DNA from: Raillietiella orientalis
Lineage: Eukaryota
DNA: 64,000 nt
Direction: 5' to 3'
Assembly: GCA_036172245.1 (NCBI GenBank)
Contig: JAYWIR010000029.1
Location: 744,001-808,000 of the forward strand
Under the pieces are notes generated by a model. That model made no database searches, was not told where the DNA came from, and worked only from the letters and a program-made list of their open reading frames with translations. Made by a program: the position numbers and the translations under genes. Shown piece by piece: positions 25,001 through 37,203 of the stretch (its first letter is position 1; every line of letters begins with the position of its first letter).

Positions 25001-28000
25001 CTATGCATGCCATTTATTGTATGTTTTTAGTATATGTTTGAAGCTTTTACGGGAAAATCTCTTAGGGTGCACCTTGGGTTGATTATTTCTGAACAAATTG
25101 TTCGTAAAACATTTACCAGATTTCATTGGAAACTGATCTCGATCTTAAAATATGAAGCAGCTCCTCTCCACGATTGATGTGTTCCTATATGTGTTCCTGT
25201 AGTGTGTATGATACATGATGTCCTTCAAGCCGCGCTTAGTCAACTAATATGTACAAACACCTGAAAGATCGACCATTGTGAAAAAACTTTCTTAAAGAAC
25301 AAGAGCTTTTATTGCAATAAGCACTGCTGCTAACAAATATAGATCATTACCTTCAAACTTTGATTTATTTTTTTGTTAATTAGTTATATGAAATGCTCTT
25401 GTGCTCCGTTTTACATTCTTAATTTAAATCAAAAGATCCAAGATTGATAGTATTGTGATTTTTATAGCATTTGAATTGTCATGTGTTGCATTCCTTTTTC
25501 CTCTGAAGAAGTGAAGAAAAAAAATGATGTTTTTCAAAGAAAAGATCTTTTTTCCCGTTAATTTTCTTTAATAGGAACAGGACGCTTCAGTTGTATCCTT
25601 CGCGTTTTGGGGTGGACTGTAGTTGTTGGTTTCTAAAAATTATCTGTGGAGCTGTGGAAATACGGACAAGTTACGTGGGTCACCATCAAGTCAAAGCTTG
25701 TTTAATAGCGCGACTTAGTTGCGAGCGTGCTGGAACAAGGTAATTTTTAAGATGAGTTGGCTCCCACTAGTAATTTCCTTTGAAAACTAAGATTCTTCCA
25801 CTCTCATTAAATGCTTGAACTTGACCTGTTCCGGAAGTAATCTGTTTACTTGTGGCCGTGCAGCAAGTTTAATAAACAAGAATTTGATGCTAATTTAGTG
25901 TTTTGCTTCCAGTCAGAAAATGTTATTTCATAATGTGAGATATGATGATGAATCTGGCAAGCGTTAGTGTCGGAGAGATTTTTTAATTTTGTCCCGGAAA
26001 ATTTAACATTAGTAGATAGTTATTTCCATTTCTGTTGTGAGACATTATCTATTCTAGTTCTTAGAAAGAAGCGAGTTGGCATTCAGGAATAATGATCAAC
26101 TAAATGTAAACAACATTGGTTGTGACTAATCGGTGTTTCACTTTCATGTTTAATGATCCTTTTGGACATTGCTGCTTCATCAGATGAGTGCCTGTTTCGT
26201 TCCTTTACTGTAAACATGACTTTTCGAATCGCACACTGCTCACCCAATCACACACTATTTCGTGTTCCTCATGTCCGAAAAAAATTCAGTCATCTGGGCG
26301 CATTGATTCGACTATACTAAGAAAAGTTATTTTGCTTGTCATTCGGATATGCACGCGGATATCCAAATGTAAGTGCGGCTACAGATTTTACGGTGACCCA
26401 TGCATTCAAAGGCTGCAAGAAATGAAGAGCTGATTGTTCGTCAAATTAGCGACAAGGATTTAAGATGTTCAGGAATTCCTCCTTCAATGATCCAACTTTG
26501 TGTTTTGATTTAAGATAACTAAGTAGTACTATGTTGCAAGGCCTATTTCGAGAAAACATTAGCATTAAAATAATCTACAATCCAAGAATCACTTGAGCTT
26601 TCCCGTTTTTTTAGTCAGACATTCTTTTCATAGGATCTCCTCACATTGCTGCATTTTTCTTCTGTTCAGTTTCACTGATGGGATAGCGAAAATTTTACAG
26701 TAATCATTTCACTCAAGTAGTGAATGTAAGGACCAATTTTCGTACCCTTTGGATAGTAAGGTCAAGGAAAGTAGTAACTGCTAATCCTGTTTTTCCTAAC
26801 AGCGGTCAGTTGTTTGGCAGACATCTCAGGCGCAGTATCTTATTATTGTCTTATTTCCATGCGAGGTAAATGTATGCAATAGATGGCTCATGATTCATGT
26901 CGTATTCTCAGTAGTTCATGCCAAAGTATTTTTGAGAGCTATGATGTGCGGGCTCTGAGAAACGAGAAGATAATAGATGAAGATTCCAAAAGCCTGGACT
27001 CGGTCCCGTTATAGACTTGGATGCGGATCATGAGTTAGAAAGGTCTCAGAACGGATCCGGAGGAGACTGGAAAAAAATAAAGGAATTCTATCTAACAAAC
27101 ATAAATAGGAACAATCACGAAAAGAATCTAGCATCCGTAGAATCTTGTTGCTCGAGAGCGTGCATTTGAATTCCACCATGTTTAAGGGTCTGTATTTACG
27201 AGTGTTGAGAACTGGAAGTAATTTGTCAGGAAAGGTAGGAATTGAGGAGAATGAAGTGTAGGGTAGGAAGTTTATGTTTTTCCACTGTGAGTGCTGCTTA
27301 GATAAATAGTGGAATGAATTGTGCTGATAGATTGCATTCAAGTACCTAAACAGGTATCTTTAACAGATTGTTGAAGTTTAACAAAAATTGCTTTCTTACT
27401 CACAATTATCCTGTTGTTTATGAAAATGTGTTCATTTTAAGATTCAACGTCCGTGGAGTAGATGACAGTGGTCATGTAGCAAACTTTGTGGAGACGGAGC
27501 AGATCATTTTTCTTAGTGACAAAATTGCATCGTTCGTTCAAATTCGTGGATCACTACCGATATTCTGGGAACAGCCAGGATTACAAGTAATATAACCTTC
27601 CCCTTTCTGTTGTCCTTGTGATGGGTCTTTTGTGTTGTATCTAAACCTACTCTTTGCTTTTGATAAGTATTTCAGACGATTGTCTGTCTTTTGCAACCAA
27701 GTGGGTAAGTTTTCATAAATGCAAGCATCTCTTTTTCGATAATGATCTCAACGATTAAAAGCTATTGCAGTATTATTTGCATTTCGCAGTGGATATTGTA
27801 TATAGGTGTTTTTATTCCCTGAATTTGTATATTGCCTGCTTATTCCTGTCTTTTATGAAATTCTCAAGATGATTTTTTGTTCTGTGGAGCTCTTTTGAGG
27901 CTTCGCACAACTGCAACGCTGTTTATCGTTGCAGTCTCCTTCACTGTGTCGAAAATGCATCTGAAGTTGTACTTCACCTTCCTGTCAGAAGCATGCGGGA

Positions 28001-31000
28001 AAAGAATGTAATTGAGACAAGGATTAGACGAGCGCCTGTAGTGATATCGTCGAGCATGCGATTGATTTCACAAAATTGGACCGCGAAATAATGCATCGTA
28101 ATATATTCATGTGATTGCTGGTGGGGATATTGGGACGAATTTGTTCATGTGGAAGGACGAGGATGAAGATGCGATTGTTTGGATGGAGGAGGTAGATTAG
28201 AGCGATATAGCGATACAGTGAGTTCTTATCGATAGCACAATTATATGAGAATGTGAAGGAAATGAAATATGAAGGTAACTTTTTCCGGGCTGTGGTAAAA
28301 AATCCACGGTGGGTCACATGAGCATAGGGATGTGTGAGGACTATAGGGGTATGGGCATAGCTATAGAAAGCGAAGCTAGCGAATGGGCTAAGCAATATTT
28401 TATTGTAGATGTAGATCGCTCTGTTTTTATGCCTTCATTTATTGTTTCCTTATTTATAGCTTCCCATTTGTGTTGTCTTTGGTTATTTAATCATTAAATG
28501 ACGAGACAGTAAATAAGCAAACATTACTGCATAGTTACACAGAAAGAAAAGAACGAAAAAAGAGTGCTTCACAAGTTTGATGTACAGTTTCCATCAGCGC
28601 TTTAATATTTGAGCATATTCTTTTCGCATCGAGATCTTTCTAGCCTTCAAGTGTATGGATGACGTTTTTTGAACCAGTTTGCTTCATTATGGTCTGGTAC
28701 CAGTCTTAAGAACCTAGAGTTTCTCTTTCTGTGTGCTGCGTCATTATGATACCGATTCCCCCTTCGGTACTATCACGTTTCTTTATCTCTGTATTTTCCT
28801 AGTTTTTATCTTTAGTGGACTTCAAAAGCATTTTTTCGTCCTGCTGGGAGTAACTAGAGTATGAGGCCTCCTGATTTGCTTCCCCAAATGAAGCTGATAA
28901 AAAAGCTAGGATCACAGTCCAGAGGTTTAATCTTTTAACACGACCGAATAACTAAACGGTTAAGTAAATGAAAGTGAAAACAACGTTTGCCATTTGTATT
29001 CTCTCTTGCAGCTTAGTGAAATTTACTGTTTTTTTGCTTCATGCTTTCCGCGGCCGCTTGATCGTTTCATCTCCTGATTCTCCCCTCAATTGAAACCTCA
29101 GGGTTATTCAAGGCAGCGAATTATTACTTCACTTTACCGTCTTTTTTCATATTTGCAATGTAGAAAACTCGAGTTGATCGGTACGCTGCTGAATTCAGCC
29201 GGTGTTCCATTTCATGCTCGTATAAGCAGTACCGTCCTGAAGTGAAAGTTTGTCATTTGAAAAACTAGCGATCCCGGAGGAAAATGAGCCGCATGTGGAG
29301 TTTTCAAGATAACAAGAGTTCTGTTTGGTTTTAGTTAATAGTAGGAATCAGTAATTGTAAAGCACGAATCTTCAACTTAGATGGTTAAATTCATAAATGT
29401 TGAGGTGCCATCAACTCACGTGTGATCTTTTGAGTAGAGTCGAAAAGCATAACCTGCTGCTGATCGGTGTTTACTGAAGCAGCGAGGCACCACTGAAACA
29501 GTGACAAGTGCTCAGAAGGGAAATGATTTTATAGGGATTTTGGTTGTACTCCACGAATGTCTTCTTTGCGCATCCAGTACATGGAAAATAAACTATAGAA
29601 TAGACTGTTCTGGAACTCATATTAGACAGCTAAAAATAAAATATCGATTCAGTTAAGATCTCGTGAGTAATCTCCTAAAAGTAGCTAATCCGATTTAGAT
29701 GATCAGGTTCAATTCCTGGAGATAGTTGTAACTGTATTCACTGAAAACAGTAAGGGGCCCTGCATGAAGCATCTAATTCTGCATTCTCTATGGTCTGCTT
29801 AACCATATTCGAAAGTGTGGCTGCAAATGAGCTGTAAAACTAGAATACGCTCACATTTTCAGTGCTTCCCTCGCGATGGCCACAGTAGCAGCATAATAAC
29901 AGATCGTAAGGGAATGCTTTAAGTACAGGAAAGCAGAAAAACAAAGAGCATTCCTTTCCAGAACTGAAATAAGAAATGAAAGCATTAAGATCGAAACATT
30001 CCAATCAGAGTATTTGGTTCTTTATGGATTTCAAACTTCAAGAAAGACACTAAAAAGTTTTGTTTTTGCCGTGCTTATTTCATCATTATTTTTCGTGCGG
30101 TGTGATTACCGATTGGCAGCGCTTTCAAAATAAAAAGCACTGGTTCAGTTGATACAATACGTGATCCCTTTCGTAGAATTCAGTCACCTGAATTAAATAA
30201 ATGTAAAACAACAAACGTCGAAATAGTGTGGAAACAGTTTGTGGCGTCATAACTAACAAAAGCACATAATCGTTTTTGGTTGACGAAAAGATGAAACGGT
30301 CTTCTCTACACATCTGCATCCGTTCGAGCTTAGAAAAGTTGGTCATGTAAAACTGTGATGCCAACATATAATGTGATTGAAATTGCATACGTACAGATGG
30401 GTCGAGTTCCATCAAGCGCAAATTGCGCTCTTGATGTCTTTGAACAACCAAAGGTCTTGTTTATTTTGGAAATTTATTTATTTATTCATGGACGTAGGTT
30501 GGATCCCATAAAATAAAATTCTCACGAGATCCGGAGTTATCCAGATTTGCTTTAGAACGTCATATTCAGCAGCTACAGCATCTGTACAATCAGTTGGTCA
30601 TTGTGAATCTTCTGAGATCATCTTTTGGAAACGGCAAAGAAGGAGAAGCAATTCTATCCCGCACTTTTCAGGTATCGAAAACCTTGGTTTGCTGATAGTT
30701 CACTTCACTTGAATTCTTTCAGGACCTGTTGAAAAATAGTGAGGAAGGATCTAAAATTCCTCATATTCTCTTTGATTATCACGCCGAGTGTCGTGGCGGT
30801 AGCACACAAGGACTAGACAAACTCATTCAAGTTTTGAATGAATTCATCGACCTGTTTGGTTTCTTTGCAGCGGAGAATATTAATGTCCTCAAGTAAGAGA
30901 ATTTAACACGATGTTTCAAAGCCTTGTTGGCAGGAATCAGTCTGGTGTTGTACGCACCAATTGTTTGGATTGTTTGGATAGGACTAATTCCGTACAGACG

Positions 31001-33355
31001 CTGATGGGACTACAGGTGATATTATAGATGCTAACTCCACTGTCCCAATCACTAATGTGGATAACAGGTGCTTGCTAAACAACTGAGTTCACTTGGTGTT
31101 AGTGATAAACCACAAGTCGTTTCCCGTTTCCAAGAACTATTCCGCCAGATGTATGCCAACACAGGAAATGCAATAAGCCAGATGTATGCAGGAACATCCG
31201 CACTCAACGGGAAAAGCAAAGTAAAGTAGCCTTCGGGATTTCAGTTTTATACTTTTATTCTAATAGCTGGTAGATGGCGCTCGATCAGCAGCTCGAACTA
31301 TTCAGAACAATCTAATGGATAATAGCAAGCAAGAGGCAATCAATACTTTATTGCTTGCAAACAGCTCCGTGGCCGATCGCTCGCAAATGCTGTTACCTCC
31401 ATATCTACATCACTGTGAGTTCAGAGCAGTGCATACGTGCTAATGCCCAGGCCATGCAGGTCACCCTGAGTTACTTGAACAGCTATGTAAGGAGTTTCCT
31501 CAGTTTACTGAACCTGTTACTCTGTGTGTTACCGTGGCCACATACAATGTGAACGGTGGGCGCCATTTTCGCAGCATAGCATTTCGTGAAAGCTCACTCT
31601 CAGATTGGTTGCATCCCAGGTTTAGTCAAGCAGGTAATAAGCAAGGTTACCTGCTGCAAAGTTAGCGTTTGCATAGATTCACAAACCTCTTGCAACAACG
31701 AGAAAACTGATGTTTACGCAATCGGCTTCCAGGAAATAGTCGATCTGAACACAAGTAACATCGTTTCTTCTAGGTACGTCTTGAGAACAGAACTTATGAT
31801 CACAATTTCTCAGCACTGAAAATGCTCATCTCTGGGAGAAAGAGTTAAAGCGGATTCTGGGTGAATTCTATTTGCTCGTCACCAGAATACAGCTTGTTGG
31901 TATTTGTTTGTATCTGTTCGTACACAGACGTCTAGGTCGATTTATCCGGGATGTGGCCACCAGTACTGTGAAAACAGGTTTAGGTGGTGCAGCAGGTGTG
32001 TAATTTTAGGACGCTTCGAACCCTTTCGGTAAATTCTTCCTCAGGGAACAAGGGAGCTGTGACAATCAGACTGGTGATCCATAATAGCTCTCTTTGCTTT
32101 GTGTGTTCTCATTTTGCTGCTGGACAAGGACAGGTGGCAGAACGCAATGCTGACTTCATGGAAGTTACCAAGCGCATCAGTTTTCCCATGGTTTGTGCGT
32201 CTTTCGTTTCATCGCGATCAGTGCTGTTTGTAGGGACGCCAGCTTCATTCACATGACTACGTGTTTTGGTTTGGTGACTTCAACTATAGAATCGATCTGG
32301 ACGCGGATGTCATTCGAAAATCTGTTGCCAGCCAAGACTGGGGCAAACTTCTTACGGCCGATCAGCTGAGAGTAAGAAAAGCAAATCGTTTGAGCAGACA
32401 TCGAAGTTGAAAACTTCCAGATGCAACAGAATGCCAAACAAGCATTTGTAGAGTACCAGGAAGGTGACATCTCCTTCCCGCCTACGTATAAATACGATGT
32501 CTTCTCAAACGATTACGATACAAGTGAGAAGGCCCGTGCCCCCGCGTGGACAGACAGAATATTGTGGAGACAGAGACACGAATTTCGAAATGCAGGTCAG
32601 TGTTCCTCTTGCTCTTTTCCATTCACTTGTTATTCTTTCGTGACACCACGCAATTTGCAGTACGTCTATTACACTACGGACATGCTGATTTGAAACAGTC
32701 CGATCATCGTCCAGTAGTGGCTGTATTTGACGTGGATGTACTCAAAGCGATCCCTGAACAGTTAGATATAGTCCTTAAAAGGACGCTGGAAACCATAGGG
32801 CCTCCTGATGCTACTCTACTGATTCATGTCCGGGAACTTATTCCTGGAGAAGACTTGGAATCTCAGCTGGATGATTCCTTCATGACAGATTTAGTGCAAG
32901 AGTTGTCCGATAGCGGAGAGGTGACATTGGTACGACTGCTTGGCTCATGCATCATGGTGACATTCCGTCAAAGCTCAAGCACGTTGACAGCGATGCAGTT
33001 CCCAATACGTACAGTACAAGGACGAGAAATTCAGCTTACTCTCCGCACCCCAAATTGGATTGAAAAATTTATGAAAGAAGTACTGCAGCACTCGCATCCA
33101 AAAAAATCCTTCAAAAAGAATTCCCAGGAAGTCTCATCCCCGAAAAGGGACGATCGCTCGGCGTCGAAAGAAACCCCCAAATTGAATGCTCCACCCGTGC
33201 CGAAGCGTGAAACTCTTCCTCCAACCCATAACGAAATTCCCGATTCAAAGGTTGAAAAAGTGATCTCCCCCCCCCCGGTACCTGCGCGTGACTTTCGTCC
33301 TCCCATTCCCTCCCGAAATTATCTTCCAAAGATACCTCCCAGAAATCCATTATGA
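18178..33355 (+). CDS. SYNJ1: Synaptojanin (Sac1 domain + inositol 5-phosphatase + RRM-like region + proline-rich tail), 17 exons, ~1041 aa
   Basis: Exons 18178-18304, 22817-22903, 23695-23962, 25575-25739, 27442-27586, 30498-30671, 30723-30892, 30934-31015, 31068-31220, 31267-31414, 31460-31633, 31677-31773, 31814-31995, 32045-32190, 32234-32371, 32421-32595, 32661-33355; all GT-AG, 3126 nt, in frame. N-terminus [10 protein letters not shown]; Sac1 motifs [38 protein letters not shown] (CX5RT); 5-phosphatase motifs [35 protein letters not shown]. Symbol denotes the family (invertebrate synj). Confidence 0.97.
22027..22089. repeat. Poly(T) tract of about 63 nt in synaptojanin intron 1
   Basis: Uninterrupted T run seen directly. 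Confidence 0.95.
24126..24250 (+). pseudogene. Degenerate partial duplicate of synaptojanin exon 3 (pseudo-exon) in intron 3
   Basis: Aligns with ~23767-23890 (acatcaacgtt..ttaccacttaa.aaatccacc..aaaacttatagaaataa..ttgttgaattctggttcatttt..tctgctggtcata) with scattered substitutions and a +1 frameshift in an A run. Confidence 0.88.
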
Positions 33356-34122
33356 TCTCATTAGTGCAAAATGATTCATGTTGTGCATTTTGATGTTGAA
33401 ATTAAGTGTAGTGCATTAGATAGGGAATGTCAATTGTGAAATGATTTTGAAATACGGAATGAAATACAGTCAGCATGAGCAATTTCAGCCTCTTATACGT
33501 CACTGATTGAATCATGTTGGAAATGGTAGAATGGATTCTGTTTTCTATATTTATAATAATAAATTCTCTTTGAGCCGAAATTGAAACTCTGTAAACACGC
33601 TGAAAGGTGTTTCTTCCTTTCTGTGCCCAGGAATTCAAAAATGGAACATGGGTTCTAGTGTGAGGAGCTCTGTGTAAAATACTGATAGTTAAAATTCCCG
33701 AAATCAGAGTCTGGTTGCCAAAACTAAGCTTGCAGTCAGAGTGAATACCTGCTTGTGCCTATTTGAATTTAAACTCTGCACAGCATAATTCCACTTAAAA
33801 AGGAAATAAATAAACTTCATCTAGAAGTTGGATTGGTACTTGTCTCGTTTTCTTAAATCAGCGTCTCATGCTCATACAATTAGAAAGTGAATGTTTTGAA
33901 AATCCCAAAATCTTTAGATGGAATTGCTTTCAAACCAGGAATCACCTGCCTGAATGGTGGTGGTTCCTGGTTTCAGATTTCCTTGGTTTTCGAATTGAGA
34001 TGCAACGAACGTAAGAATGTTAACTAATCGTTAGCTCTACTGTGAAGAAAAATAATAATGAAAACAAGCCAGATGAAAATCCCACATGTTCAAAGGAGCG
34101 GACCCCCCCCCCCCCCCTGTTG

Positions 34123-34574
34123 CGGAGGAACCCTCCGAATCGTCGCCTCTTCACAGAGTGCAAGGAAGCAAGCGAGAGCGATTCCCTGCGGGAAGCTGCA
34201 GCGCTCCTCCTTAGTTTCGGAAACGTCCCTTCGGGGTTCTCGTCAGAGGAGTGAACAGGAGCGGTTCCCTTGCGGGTTCCCTCCGGAGAAGAAATTCCTA
34301 CTAGCGGATCCTTTCCGGGTTCCCTTCGGAGAAGATGAAATGGAGAAGACCACCCTTCCCATCAGGAGGTTTCCCTCAGGAGAGAATGAGGAAGGAGGTT
34401 CCCTTCGTGGTTCCCCTTCGGAGACAACCAGGGTGGGAGGTGCGATCCCCCCCGTTCGGGGGATCCCTCCCCAAGAGTGAGAGGAACGGACTCCGAGCCC
34501 TTCTTGAATTCATAGGGCGGACCCCCATCCCAGGATGACCCCTATCCTGAAGAATTTACACGCCCCCCTGCGGG
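34123..34574. repeat. GC-rich array of short hairpins with a repeated ~33 bp double-hairpin unit
   Basis: Units at 34260-34292, 34303-34335 and 34394-34425 (AGCGGwTCCyTTsCGGGTTCCCTyCGGAGAAGA-like), plus single hairpins at 34123, 34182, 34227, 34444 and 34566. Confidence 0.75.
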
Positions 34575-34898
34575 CTGCCACAGACGGAATGGCGTGGAAA
34601 CAAAACTGTTTAGAAGGGCTACGTGCGCCGCGAGGCACGCGACCGTCTCTTGAGGCGCACTGAGCGAACCAAAAAAAAAAAGAAGACACAGCGGAGACAG
34701 AAGAAAAAGAACCCAAGGATTTTCCATCATCCTAGGCCAATAGTAATGATCTCCTCGCGGGGTCGCTACTGGCCTTTTAAAATTAAAAAAAAAAAAATCC
34801 CACGTCTAGTTAAAACCGTGTTATTGCGCAAAAGACAAGATTCCTGTTAAAATTCACTGCACCAAGCTATTTGTTTGTCACCCGGATGCGCCGGGGCG

Positions 34899-35300
34899 TT
34901 TATTACAAAACTATCCAGGAACAGATTTCCTGGACAAAGGACACAGAAAAAACGAAGGAAGGGATCCCCAACACGCAGGTCGGTGTACCGAAAGTCCGGA
35001 ACGAGAGGGAGGGGACCACAAATACACTTATAAAAAAAATAAAGATATGGAGGGTAGGAGACAGGGGTCTTTGGTACGGCCGTTCCTTTCTTTCAGAACC
35101 GGCGATGGATGCCGGCGATCTCTCTCCTAACGCCCTCTGGAAGATGGGCCCACTCGGCAGCCGACGACATGTTCGTGCTGGCTATTCCGGTGGGCTGACG
35201 AAGAATGGCCAGCTTCTCCAACTCTCGGTGGGCCTTGTCGATGGCCTGCACCAAGCTATGTTGTGGCTGAACTGCTAATCATGCCTGAGGTTGCTGACAC
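34899..35300 (-). mobile_element. 3-prime terminal fragment of the Tx1/L1-like family
   Basis: Minus translation AAEWAHLPEGVRREIAGIHRRF* matches AAGWSHLGRMWTELAGILERM* (57.4-57.5 kb); 3-prime UTR blocks ccaaagac.cct..accctcc.atat and ccga.ctgcgtg.tgg are shared with 61144-61240; ends in AATAAAC. Confidence 0.7.
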
Positions 35301-37203
35301 CGAGCATGGGCATAAATTTTGTCTTCGTACCTTTTTCCTTATATGAAAAAAAAAATCGTCTCTATACGTCCAGCAGCGAGGCATATCGCCCTTCTCCTGC
35401 CCATCTCCCATCCCAATCGTGTGGCGCGTGGTCCCAGCGAAAAACTTGAAACTTAAGGGCCAGCTTATTCTCTGGAACAGGCGCGTTAGCGCGATAAATG
35501 CTGCAACTACAGAATATAAATCAGAAGTACCAAATGAGAGGCGAAAAACTGAGACAAACTATTCGAGAAAAGCACGAATTTTTTATTTTTTTTTTGCAAA
35601 CAGTTGGCAAGATTATTAAGAATAATGCGACAAAATAATCTCATGAAGCGTTATTTTTTGGCGTCCACCAATGATTGATAATTTTGCCATCCCTACAATT
35701 TTTTTCTTTTTGCAGAGTATCAAATTTCACGTGCCTAGGCAGGAATCTGCCAGAAAATACTTTCAACTTGGTTGCAGGATTTTATCTTAAATAAGGAAGG
35801 ATTCGCATGGCATAAAGTCGTTTACTTTCGTGCTTTGAGTTTCCACTGAAATTCCTCACAAAAGTTTATTTTGGTGACTTAGAATATTCAATAATTCCCA
35901 TAGTTGTATCCAAGTTTGGAATTGTCTTTGGCATCAAGAAAAGGGTACAAGAATAATAAAGAATAAGAAAGATTAGCATACGAGAGAGAAAGCAAAATAT
36001 AAAATTGTCTACAAAGGTGTCAAAACATTAAAAGTTAATTTCAAGAAATGTAAAGGGAAAAAAGCTGGCAGATTCCATTCAGAATGTTTCACATCCAAAG
36101 GATTTCATGATTCTTTGTTTAATTAGGCTTTGATTTGCAGAACAAAAATAGATATTAATAAGAGTAAAAAACAGTAAAGACATTCTAATAAATGTGATTT
36201 GGTTATGAATATGAAAGATTATAACATGAAATGTATTCAGAGTTTTCCTAGAATATCATGTATTACTAATACTGGATTAATATAATCAAATGAATAAATT
36301 CAGTTGTTCGCTTTTACTAGGATAACTGACTAGATAGCTGGTAGACTTTTAATCTCTTCAAATGTAAATTTGCAAAGACCAAATAAAACACATAAGCCTA
36401 GGTATTAACAGAATTACTGTTAAAGCAGTTATGAAATCTGTAATTTGCATTTCGTATTAAATTTGACATTGAGCATTAAAGATTTCTTAAAAACAAGCAC
36501 AGTAACAGCGCCAAAGAAACTTGTTATTGGAGAAGTCAAAGAAAGACATTATTCAGATTAGAATTCTAAATTCAAATACAACAAGAATTTACAAGATTTG
36601 ACGAAAAGTATTTAGAGAAGCACTGACTCGCCTCAGTGTTTGTCATAAGACTAAAATGCATTGTAAATTTAATAAGGAAGACTAAATTGTTTTCGCTTTA
36701 ATCTTTCTAATTATCTGCAGCATGTTTAAAACATAAAAATTGTGACAGGAACTCTTTAAAGTAATTTTTCAGAGTATTGAGGTTTTCAACCATGTTTATA
36801 TTTATTTACAGCACTAGGACTTTAGGTACTCATTACTTTAGATGCCACTATTCTAACTGTTCCGTGCTGACTGTCCTACGATTAAATTAGTACTGATTCA
36901 ATACTATCACATAAAGTTAAGCACAGCCGGAGTGAATCTTTGATCCCAACTCCGTCTTTTTTCTAAATTCCAAATCAGTCTGCGAATTTGGTAATTCTGA
37001 TCTTGGTTTCACAAGAAATGTGATCTTTCGGTGTTACACGTCAAATGATTTCATTGGTTTAAGAAAGAAAAAAAACACCTGTAAATAGTGAAATTCGTAC
37101 AATCAAACTTAATGCAGACTGTACTACGTAAAGCGACGTTTTCGAGAAGAAAACAATTAAAATTAGTGGTTTTTCTGTATGATGAAAGAAATAACTTTTT
37201 ATC

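Noticed and set aside
29680..29720. B-box-like GGTTCAATTCC in synaptojanin intron 5
   Set aside because: No cloverleaf and no second copy in the window; may be chance.
34123..34574. CRISPR array, RNase P/MRP RNA or hammerhead ribozyme interpretation of the hairpin array
   Set aside because: No constant repeat with unique equal-length spacers, no cas genes, eukaryotic context; no P4 consensus or CUGANGA/GAAA core found. The ATAGGGCGGA match to the start of human RNase P RNA is only 10 nt.
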